Shown in pieces: positions 1 through 9,554 of a DNA stretch of 64,000 nt. Source of the stretch: Fistulifera solaris (Eukaryota); the NCBI GenBank assembly GCA_030295235.1, contig AP026123.1, positions 2,294,001 to 2,358,000 on the forward strand. Direction: 5' to 3'. The first letter of the stretch is position 1; every line of letters starts with the position of its first letter. Below the pieces are notes generated by a model. It ran no database searches, was not told where the DNA came from, and saw only the letters and a list, made by a program, of their open reading frames with translations. Made by a program: the position numbers and the translations under genes.

Positions 1-1605
1 CTGCGTCCAAAAGATGAATGTACTGACAAAAAGCTGGAAGTGATCCTCGGTCCCGATACGACGGATCTACAAATGCGTGTCGGTTTGCACAGTGGTCCAG
101 TGACCGCGGGTGTTCTACGCGGTGAGCGTTCTCGGTTTCAGCTGTTCGGTGACACAATGAACACTGCAAGTAGAATGGAGTCCAACGGGCTTCCAGGAAA
201 GATCCATATTTCACAGGAAACCGTCAGGCACTTGATCGTAGCGGGCAAAGAGCACTGGGTGGTTCCACGCGAGGAGAGAGTGGTGGCGAAAGGTAAGGGC
301 GAGCTTCAAACTTACTGGCTGGTCACTACCAAAGCGTCGAACCATACTCGGAGTGAAACTGCTTCCAGCGAAACTGAAACCACCGGTGATGTGGTGGGAA
401 CCGTGCAACCTGCTGCTAAAGATGCAATCGCTGACACAATGACCAACGAGAAGACCGACCGGCTCGTCAAGTGGAACGTAGAAGTCCTTGCTGCCCTGCT
501 TAAAAAAGTAGTTGCACACCGTAAGGGTGCTGTGCAACCAAAGGAATCGACCCGTAATGCAAGTTTCAGCAAGGTAACAACGACCCCGTTAGACGAAGTC
601 CAGGAAATAATCCGAATGCCGGTCTTCAAACGTGGCAAAGGTAGCCAAATTAAAGAGGAAGATCTTGGTACTGCCGTCCTAGAGCAGTTGCGAGAGTATG
701 TTTCTGCCATAGCCTCCATGTATCGCAGAAACCCATTCCACAACTTCGAGCACGCGTCCCATGTGACGCAATCAGTGGTAAAATTACTTTCCCGCATTGT
801 TGCCCCGGATGTTGATGCTGGAAACAGCGATCTGGAATCGACTTTGCACGACTACACGTACGGCATCACGTCGGATCCGCTCACTCAGTTCGCGTGTGTG
901 TTTTCCGCATTGATCCACGATGCAGATCATGCCGGCATCCCGAACACGCAGCTCATCGTTGAAAATCCTCAGCTCGCCAAATTTTACAAGGACAAGAGTG
1001 TTGCCGAACAAAACTCGGTCGACTTGTGCTGGGAGCTGCTTCAAGACAGCAATTTCAATGACTTGAGAGCTGCCATTTGCCCCACTGAACATGATCGAAT
1101 TCGCTTCCGGCAGCTTGTGGTCAACTCCGTTATGGCAACAGACATCATGGACAAGGACTTGAAGGCTCTTCGAAACATGCGCTGGGAAAAAGCCTTTGCT
1201 GGAAAGAACCACGAGGAGTCGATGAAGGACGCCGTTGATCGCAAAGCAACCATCGTGATCGAGCACTTGATTCAAGCGTCTGACGTTGCTCACACAATGC
1301 AGCACTGGCACATTTACCGCAAGTGGAATCAGAGGTTGTTTGAAGAGTTGTATTGCGCTTACATTCAAGGCCGCTCCGCGACCGATCCCTCGGAGAACTG
1401 GTACAAAGGAGAGATTGGGTTCTTCGACTTCTACATCATTCCCTTGGCTAAGAAGTTGCGCGAATGCGGTGTCTTTGGTGTTTCCAGCGACGAATATTTG
1501 AATTACGCTGAGAAGAATCGTCAGGAATGGGAAGCCAGAGGCATGGAAGTCGTCGCGAGCATGGTGGAAGCCGCGCAGAGGAAGTTCGGCACAAAGTCGA
1601 TGTAA
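1..1605 (+). CDS. Class III nucleotide cyclase fused to a 3',5'-cyclic nucleotide phosphodiesterase (diatom GC/PDE family), 5'-truncated by the window edge
   Basis: Cyclase motifs MRVGLHSGPVTAGVL and RFQLFGDTMNTASRMES; PDE motifs FHNFEHASHV, ALIHDADH, ATD, ASDV, EIGFFDF. Probable 1-nt loss in the A-run at 28-32 (KMNVLTK/KLEV). Confidence 0.9.
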   Translation: MRPKDECTDKKLEVILGPDTTDLQMRVGLHSGPVTAGVLRGERSRFQLFGDTMNTASRMESNGLPGKIHISQETVRHLIVAGKEHWVVPREERVVAKGKGELQTYWLVTTKASNHTRSETASSETETTGDVVGTVQPAAKDAIADTMTNEKTDRLVKWNVEVLAALLKKVVAHRKGAVQPKESTRNASFSKVTTTPLDEVQEIIRMPVFKRGKGSQIKEEDLGTAVLEQLREYVSAIASMYRRNPFHNFEHASHVTQSVVKLLSRIVAPDVDAGNSDLESTLHDYTYGITSDPLTQFACVFSALIHDADHAGIPNTQLIVENPQLAKFYKDKSVAEQNSVDLCWELLQDSNFNDLRAAICPTEHDRIRFRQLVVNSVMATDIMDKDLKALRNMRWEKAFAGKNHEESMKDAVDRKATIVIEHLIQASDVAHTMQHWHIYRKWNQRLFEELYCAYIQGRSATDPSENWYKGEIGFFDFYIIPLAKKLRECGVFGVSSDEYLNYAEKNRQEWEARGMEVVASMVEAAQRKFGTKSM

Positions 1606-2143
1606 ATCTTTGATGAAGGATTATGAACGTTAATTGTTAAAAGGAGATCATTTGTAAAACAAGTTTATTTTATTAGTTGTTCATGAATCATCCAGCACTT
1701 TTTGCCTGCAGGTAGCGGCGCGATAATGGAAATGGAAGGCATCGCAATCGCATGAGGCAACGTTTTTTTGTAAGAATAACCAGGTACCGTACCAGGTACC
1801 GGTACCGGTAAGGTACGGTAAAGGTAAAGTGAGAGGCGAGCGTCTTGATGACGACTTGATCATGACTCGAGACTTACTGGTACGACTCGTCAAAAAATAA
1901 TGATCGACGAGCGCGACGACGATGATGATAAGAAATAATAAACGTTTCAACACATACCAGGTAAGAAACAAAGATGATGATCATACATAACTTGTCAACA
2001 CATTTCAGCAACGAGAGTCTCCATTGCGGTTCAAAGCTACGGAGTGCTATTCTTCCAAAATATAAAGTTATCGAAGTTGATCATTTCTATTATGTTTATT
2101 CAGGCTGCAATTAACTTATTTTCTGTACTGCCGGAGACGCAGC

Positions 2144-4000
2144 TTACTTTCCTTCCATCATCATTTTAAGGTCACTAGAGGGATCTCCAATCGGCATAAT
2201 GTTGTAATTTTGCTGCAAAACACTCAAGATTCCCGGGCTGATGTACGCCGGCAGCGAAGGACCGAGTCGAATGTTCTTGACGCCCAAATGTAACAGAGTG
2301 AGCAGCACGGCAGCTGCCTTTTGCTCCAAATGAGAAATTGCCAAGGAAAGAGGCAGCTCGTTCACCGACTCCAGCTTCATCGCCTTGGCTAATTCAAGTG
2401 CTACTACTACCGCGGAATAAGAGTCGTTGCACTGTCCCATGTCGAGAACGCGGGGAATGGTGGCGCCGTTCGGAAGTGTGATCTGATTGGTAGGGAGATC
2501 ATCGAATTTGAACTTTTCAGACTGTAAGATGCGATTCTTCGCACAGCCAAGTGTGAGAATAATGCTATCTTCCGGGCTTTCGTCAGCCAGATCTGTAAAA
2601 TACGACCGATTCCACTGGGAACCATCACAGCCACCAATGAGTAAGATGCGAGACAACTTTCCAGCCGTGGCGGCTTCAATGATCTGATCCGCTAGAGGCA
2701 AAACCGCTCTGTGATTGAATCCAATGGTTCGGAAAGTGGCCGGCTCGGCAGTCTGCTCAAAGCCCTTGCATTGTTTCGCTTGCTTGATAACGGCCGAAAA
2801 GTCGCGGTTCTTCACATGCTTGATGCCGCTGAGGCCCGTAGCATTGATGGTGTACAAACGATCTTCATAAGTTTTGCGCGGCTTCAAAACACAGTTGGTA
2901 GTCACAACGACGGGGCCCGGGAAGCAACTAAATTCAAAGTTTTGATTCTGCCACGCCGTACCGTACGATCCAGCCAGATGAGGGAAAGCATGAAGCTTCG
3001 GGTACGAATGGGCGGGTAACATTTCTCCGTGCGTGTAAACTTGAATACCAGTGCCTTCGGTTTGCTTCAACAGATGATACAAATCCACCATGTCGTGCCC
3101 GGATACGAGAATGCACTTTCCTTTGACGGCCGAAGTTCGAACGGGTGTCGGGCAAGGCGCTCCTAAAAGTTCTGCATGCGCCGCATCCAAAGCGGCGAGG
3201 ACCGACGTGTTGACTTCGCCAATCCTCAATGCAGCCTGCAGCAATCCATTGACATCCGCTGTATCGTCCGCTAGCTTGGCATAAATTTCATGAATGGCGA
3301 CCATGACGCTCTCGTCGACACTCGATCCATCAATCTCTTGACGCAACTGATGAACGTGCTCGGCGTAGGCACACAGTCCCTTCATACCGTACGTAGCGAG
3401 CTCGTGCAACGAGAAAGCATCTTCGTGATTCATCACCTTGGCTCGTTCCGGAACCGAAACTGGCAGAGCGGCTTCTTGAATTTGCGACTCGGTCTTGTTG
3501 AACCAGTCCAAGTGTGCCACAGGATGGCTCGGAGTCGCCACACCCGCCGCTGCGAATTCTTTCTTGAGGGCTTCACCTTGCTGTATGTATTCGAGAATGC
3601 GACTCTCATCAAAATTCACATTGGTGAGCGTACTGAACGTCGCTTCGAGCGTCCACGTGTTGGCCTTGGCGAGGACATTGGCCGCAGCCCCACTGGCGCG
3701 GGCGGCCGTGCACCACAATGCGACGGATTTTAACACATGAATCAGGGCATCTTGGGCGGCCGAAGTCTCGGGCGTCTTACCACAAACTCCGACGGTCGTG
3801 CAGGCGTGATGATCCGCCGTTTGCTCACATTGACGGCAGAACATGGCGGATTCCGTCGACTGCCAGCGGGCCGTCATGGGAGAGGAAGGAGTCGTCGTTC
3901 TCGTTAAGCCTTGAGGCAAAGCTTGTGTAGCGACCAGGCTCTTGGCGAGCGTCGATCGAAGCTGCGACGAAGCCGCAACGCGGCGTAGAGTGCTCAACAT
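2144..4000 (-). CDS. hcp: Hybrid-cluster protein (hydroxylamine/NO reductase, prismane) with a predicted mitochondrial presequence
   Basis: MFCRQCEQTADHHACTTVGVCGK (C-x2-C-x8-C-x5-C cubane motif); hybrid-cluster motifs SGHD, THGEM, TTNC, GGCDG, LGCAK, GQCNDSY, EQKA; about 50-aa R/S/T-rich N-terminal extension with no acidic residues; intronless. Confidence 0.95.
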   Translation of the reverse strand: MLSTLRRVAASSQLRSTLAKSLVATQALPQGLTRTTTPSSPMTARWQSTESAMFCRQCEQTADHHACTTVGVCGKTPETSAAQDALIHVLKSVALWCTAARASGAAANVLAKANTWTLEATFSTLTNVNFDESRILEYIQQGEALKKEFAAAGVATPSHPVAHLDWFNKTESQIQEAALPVSVPERAKVMNHEDAFSLHELATYGMKGLCAYAEHVHQLRQEIDGSSVDESVMVAIHEIYAKLADDTADVNGLLQAALRIGEVNTSVLAALDAAHAELLGAPCPTPVRTSAVKGKCILVSGHDMVDLYHLLKQTEGTGIQVYTHGEMLPAHSYPKLHAFPHLAGSYGTAWQNQNFEFSCFPGPVVVTTNCVLKPRKTYEDRLYTINATGLSGIKHVKNRDFSAVIKQAKQCKGFEQTAEPATFRTIGFNHRAVLPLADQIIEAATAGKLSRILLIGGCDGSQWNRSYFTDLADESPEDSIILTLGCAKNRILQSEKFKFDDLPTNQITLPNGATIPRVLDMGQCNDSYSAVVVALELAKAMKLESVNELPLSLAISHLEQKAAAVLLTLLHLGVKNIRLGPSLPAYISPGILSVLQQNYNIMPIGDPSSDLKMMMEGK

Positions 4001-4648
4001 GGCGATCGAAAGAAGGGGAAAGGTTTTGATTTATGTCCGCAAAGCAAAACAGATTTATGACGATCCGAAAAGATTCTTTATTTTGGTGAAACGAAAGGTA
4101 TTTCAATGAATGGATTCGGATTTCAAGCATTCACATTGTGGTCTACACTTTCGATCCGCCGATCCGAGAAAAAATGCGAACCTGCAACGCTGCACTCGAC
4201 CGTACTATTTCTGAGTGTCACAACACTTCGGATTGCGGGGAGTTTTGTAATAGTTCACAAATTTATCGGAATCTGAATAATCTCCCCGCGAAATTCGAAG
4301 TCACGCCTGTTCTACCGGAGAACGAAAGTACTTTTTCTATGGTAGTAGAAAGGTATGAGGTCACAGACATTGTCCCTCGGTCACAAAATTCCGGAACAAG
4401 GGCTTGATGAGCATCAACAGCCGCAAAAAATCCGAACTCGCATCTTCAAAAAAATATCCCAAACGATGCATCGTTGTTGTTCGTCACGTTCCTTCCAATG
4501 GCTTGTTTCAAGACTTCTTGGATAGAAAGCGCAGGACGGACTTGACACCAAACAATGAGTTCGGATTCGTCGGGGTAGACATACACCGAGTAAAGATCGG
4601 ATACCGACACCACAATTGATTCATGCCCACAAATTAGAATATCCTCGA

Positions 4649-6504
4649 ATGATGAATCGTTTCTTGTTGCGCTCCACAAGAGCGTCTCTTCCCATGGCGG
4701 TGTCGCGGCATCTACGCTGGTTGTCAACACAATCAGTCAAAGACTCATTCAAAAGGTATCCATTCTTTACGGAAGTCAAACAGGGACGGCTCAACTTTTT
4801 GCCATGCAATTGCAACAGGCACTGCAATGTGCCGGGAAGGAATGTACAATGAAAGCGATGGCCGAAGTTCCACCATCCTCTTTGACCGATGATTGTCTGC
4901 ACTTGTTTCTGATCAGTACGACGGGGGTCGGTGAGTTTCCTTCCAACGCCAAATCGTTTTACGATGGTTTGTCGTCGTCACAGAACGAAGCGGCGGCAAT
5001 TCCATACGCCATCTTCGCCCTCGGAAATTCACAGGCACATCCCAATCACTTTTGTGCCGCCGGCAAAGCACTCCAACAAGCGTTTCAGACCAAATTTCCG
5101 AGTGCCGTTCAGGTTTTGCCGCTGCGATTGGGAGATGACGCTGTCTGTATTGACGACGAATTCGATCAGTGGCAAGAGAAAATCCTTCGAACAATTGCAA
5201 AAGGAACGGAAAGCACCGACGACGAGACTCCCACGAGCGAAACATCGACACCGGAGACGGAGACGAATGTGCCCACGAGTCGGATACCGACAAATTACCC
5301 GGAATTGCACTTGTTGGCAACTCAACAAAGCCATGACGACACGCCAGACCTGCTGGGCATTTTCCCTAGTTTTTATAAGGAGAACTGTCGTCAACGAATG
5401 GAAGTCACGTACAATAGGAACATGCATCCCCACGCCGTCGTGGATACGGGGTTGCATGAAATGCGCTTGTCTTTACCGTCGGACTTGTCGTATGAAACGG
5501 GGGATCACATCATGATATACCCCCGAAATCCAGATCTTTTAGTTCAAGCCTACCTCAGTTATGTCTTGGAAGATGGTGTTGACCCCAGCCAAGTCGTGAA
5601 CGAAGCCAGTCAAGCGGGGCATTATCCGCACCCTTCTGGAATATCGGTGTACCAAACACTCAGTCACTGCGTCGATCTGACAGCGCCTCCATCACCATCC
5701 TTTGCGCGCTGGCTCACCTCATCGAAGTCGTTGGAATACAGACAACAAATATCCCAGCCACGGCGGACAGTGCTGGACTTGGTCATGGAGAATTCCCAGG
5801 TAGAGAAAGTGTCGCTGGCGGATTTGTTGTATCAACTGCCGCCCCTGCAGCCTCGCTACTATTCCATTGCTTCCGCTGCCTCTGTGCATCCGTACGAAGT
5901 ATACCTTACTTACAGACCCGTTCATTACATATCGTCACGAGGAAGTCTACGAGACGGTCTTTGCACAACGTTCCTGCAAAACTGCAAGCCACCCCAAACG
6001 GTCGTCGCTGGATTGGTATCAAATCCCGCCTTTCGCCTTCCGTCGGACCCTCAAGTTCCGGTGATTTTTATCGGTGGAGGATGTGGTGTTGCCCCGATAC
6101 GAGGTTTTCTGGAGGAACTGGTGCATCAAGGCACGAGTCGGCCCAAAAATGTTTCGCTTTACTTGGGTTTTCGTGATCGGGCAGATCAAGTTTATCATCA
6201 GTTAGTCGAAGAGAGCCAAGGATTCCTCCAAGAGTGTCACATCGGATATGCCAGTGTTGGATCTCTCGTGACGAAGGCTTTGGCGCGCAACGCTGAATCC
6301 CTGCATCAACAATTGGTCAGCCAAGGTGCGCATGTATTTATCTGCGGAGGTGCGGCATCCTTCGGTGCTGCCATTCGAAAAACAGTGACCGATCTACTCT
6401 GGCAAGGCAACTGTTCGGGAACGATTCCTGATGCCGAGGCAGCTACAACGTTCCTTCAAAATATGTCATCGGAAGGACGATGGCATGAGGATTTGTCAGA
6501 TTGA
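4649..6504 (+). CDS. Diflavin (FMN-FAD) oxidoreductase of the cytochrome P450 reductase family, with a predicted mitochondrial presequence; one apparent frameshift at about 4751-4754
   Basis: ATG at 4649 gives MMNRFLLRSTRASLPMAVSRHLRWLSTQ. Adding one A in the run at 4751-4754 joins it to VSILYGSQTGTAQLFA (flavodoxin P-loop), STTGVGEFPSNA, FALGNS, YETGDH, PRYYSIAS, GLCT, GGGCGVAPIRGF, YLGFR and FICG. Confidence 0.9.
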
Positions 6505-6619
6505 ACATACGCATCCAAATGCTAGAGAGAATCATACAGAAAAGGTTTAAGTCATAAGTCATAAACAAACCAACGCTATCGATTACGTTATAGGTTCTAG
6601 ATGATCATCGTTAGAAGAT

Positions 6620-7416
6620 TTAGTATTCAGAGGACGTCATAGGAGCATCCGACGAAGTAAATTCAGGATCTTTCTTGGGTCCGTCCTTGAGCAATCCTAA
6701 CGGCTTCAAAAGAGTATTGACAATCGGCTTAAGCATTTCTTGGGTCTTGTCCGAAGCGCCGATAAGTAGACTGAGGACCGCGTTAATCGTAGGATTCAAG
6801 ATACCGTCGTCCACCTGGTGCAACTTGACAGCAACACCCTTATCAACGTCTCCGAGGTTCTTGCCAACTACGGACACAACAGTACCGGCTACACCTTCAG
6901 CAAGACCGAGGAAGGGACCTACGAAGAAAACTCCTTTTCCCCATCCCCAGACGCCCTTGGCGGAGTCGTAAACGTGGGTAGCAACATCGAGATTATTTTC
7001 GGAAGTCATTTCGGAATCTTCAAAGTCTTCTGTTTGAGCGGTAATATCTACAAAGTCCTGTGAAAGAGGGTCACGAGCAAAGGGTGAATCTTTTGATAAA
7101 GAATAATCATCAGCGGGAAAAAGTGTCGACCTCGGCCTGTCTCCATTCCAGAATGCATTGATTGTGCAACCGAGGCAAAGTCTTCTGTCGCAACAGACAA
7201 GCTGCAAGACGATTTGTGCTTCTCATGTATCTGATGCGCTAGTGCCAAGGCTGATATTGTGTCCGTCGGGAGGCCTGGACCGAAGAATAAGGACTCAGCA
7301 GGGCCCTTAGGCGATACAGGTTGAAGCATATCATCGTCGTCCAAGCTAAAATCCCCCGAGGATGGAGTCATCATTGAAATGCCTGGAATGTCGAACTCTG
7401 ATCCGATAAGACTCAT
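6620..7416 (-). CDS. Hypothetical protein (low-complexity N-part, G/V-rich amphipathic C-part); either a frameshift near 7120 or a start at 7009
   Basis: Overlapping ORFs 7048-7416 and 6620-7207 with protein-like composition; no family recognised. Confidence 0.5.
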
Positions 7417-8708
7417 TCTTTCCCTTGATTAACTAATCGAAAGATCAAATGCAACAACTTCAAGTGTTCTCAAAACGGAACAACTATAATATCAAGCAAA
7501 GGAAAGACGCGTGAGAGTTTTGTCTTTCGAAAGAATTGGACGTGAAGCGGCAAGATACAAACGACGGTGCGGTTCGCTCTCCCAATGAGTATGAGTCAAT
7601 GTGTAGACGGCACCAATGCTTCGCAACCGCGGGCGTGCGCGGCATAGCAAAATAGTGTCGGTGAAACAGTAGAGTGACGCGCCGGATAGCGGATCGACGT
7701 CGATTTTTCGCACGGATACGCGAACGCTTTCGCAGGACTATCTCGTGTAAAGTAGCTAAATACTTCGCACGAAAGAATGATTTGCGCCTCTCCGCCACCA
7801 CCATGGCGATCGTGAACGGCGTTTTGTTGCTGAGCATGAGCGTATTCGGCTAGAATGGACTCTAACATGATTATGAAGCGTCTCAATGACTTGGTCGGAT
7901 AAACGAGCGATCAGAAGAGAGCTTACGTGTCTATCGGAAGCATGGTGCGCGTTGCATTGCAATTCATCTCTTTTTTGCACCCAACAGATCCTCTCGCATC
8001 TTTGCTCTTCGGAACGTACCTCTGCAATCAACAACAATATTGTTGCATACCTTGTATTGAATTGTAGTTTGATCTTTTTTGTCGAATGGATTCCAGCTTC
8101 GCGGGGAACGGAACATTACGATTTGTGGAACAAGAAAGGAGTGATGAAAATGGCGGCTCGGATCTCTGCAGATGTGAGGAAGTCGATCGACATCGTTTGA
8201 AATAATTCGACCCTAGACCCATGAATTAAAGTCGTCGACCATTTACGTTTTGCCATTAGCTTTGAGTGCCGTGTAGTCTGTCACATAAGAATATTGTGTA
8301 AAGTATAAAGTACTCTATCGGTTCTGAAATTTACCTAGGGCGTCAAAAATGGGAACTGCATAACATCACCTCTCGAACTCGAAATTGCCGTTCATGTTTT
8401 ATGCCATGGAAGAAAGCGAGGCAGCCAACAGCATAAGTGACCAGTTATCGTCTTCCAACATGCACTCAGCGATCGCTATGTATGCCATTGTCACCCACAA
8501 CGGTCAAGGGCAACGACAAAAGATTCTAAATAGAAATTGTATGGAGCGACTCCTATTTCGTGACACGTCTCAGGTAAAACTGTTACGTGTGCCTAACAAA
8601 CTTGGCTAGGCGACTCGATTCTTCTAATACTTGGATTGCTTCTTTCGCGACTGGTGCACTCGAGACAAATTGGTAGAGCCTAGAGGTATTAACACTCTAA
8701 AACTCCAG

Positions 8709-8787
8709 GAAACGACGTTAAAATTCTGCCTCGCCGTAGGCGCTACGTAGAAATTTGTACTGAGAGGCAGAATTTTAACGTCCTTTC
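8709..8787. mobile_element. 79-bp MITE-like element / hairpin with 24-bp inverted repeats flanked by CAG
   Basis: GAAACGACGTTAAAATTCTGCCTC (8709-8732) vs GAGGCAGAATTTTAACGTCCTTTC (8764-8787), 1 mismatch; CAG at 8706-8708 and 8788-8790. Confidence 0.55.
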
Positions 8788-9554
8788 CAGGTACTTCAGT
8801 TAAAAGATAACTTTTTGCCTTCCCATAGACTAGCCAAAGCGTAGGTCATCGTACCAAGAAAATTAAGGAAGCTTTCGTAGCTTCATAATACTCAAAATCT
8901 TTCTCGGATTTCAAAAGTGATTCATCGCGTTAAGCGTTTCTTGAGTTCGACTTCTTACAACCATGCATGCATCCTGGACCATGCAAAGGAAGTTGCAGTC
9001 GCCCGTTTAGCAAACTAATCCATTTTTTCTTCTGCAACGAGCAAAAAAATGTGGGTATTGATTATTGATCCGGATCCTTGTTGATGGGCTTCAACCAAGA
9101 ATTTGTGTCTTTCACGCTCTACGAAAACGAAAAGCCTTGGTCCCAGTTGGGCTCACATCTCATACTCTTTATCCAAGTGTTGTCCGAAATCCTCAGAGCC
9201 AAAAAGTACGCTGAATCACGAATTCTTGCGGCCGCTATTGCAACCGCGAGTACCAAGAATAAACTTTGAGTACCGCAAGATTTATTTCGCTACTAGCTGC
9301 GCGGAGACGGCATGTAACTATGGTGCACTGTATTCGTCACTCTAGACTTCTTTAGATAGAATTGATAGTACTAAGAATGTTTCGGCCCCCATAATCCGAA
9401 ATCACACGATCCTTATTTCCATGCACCTCATACCTCATACCTCATCCATTTCAACATTTCAACACTTCAAAAACGTTCTTTCCTCCTCTCGGCATCTTGC
9501 TGTTTCAATGGAATAAAACGAAGCCAGTTTGCTCCCATAGACGCGTCCCATACA

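Noticed and set aside
2144..6504. Bacterial contamination as the source of hcp and the reductase
   Set aside because: Both have eukaryotic presequences, are divergent rather than operonic, and sit among typical diatom genes with no obvious compositional break.
7484..9345. Several 60-120 aa ORFs in the long gap
   Set aside because: Mostly non-ATG starts, no motifs, mutually overlapping; treated as intergenic.
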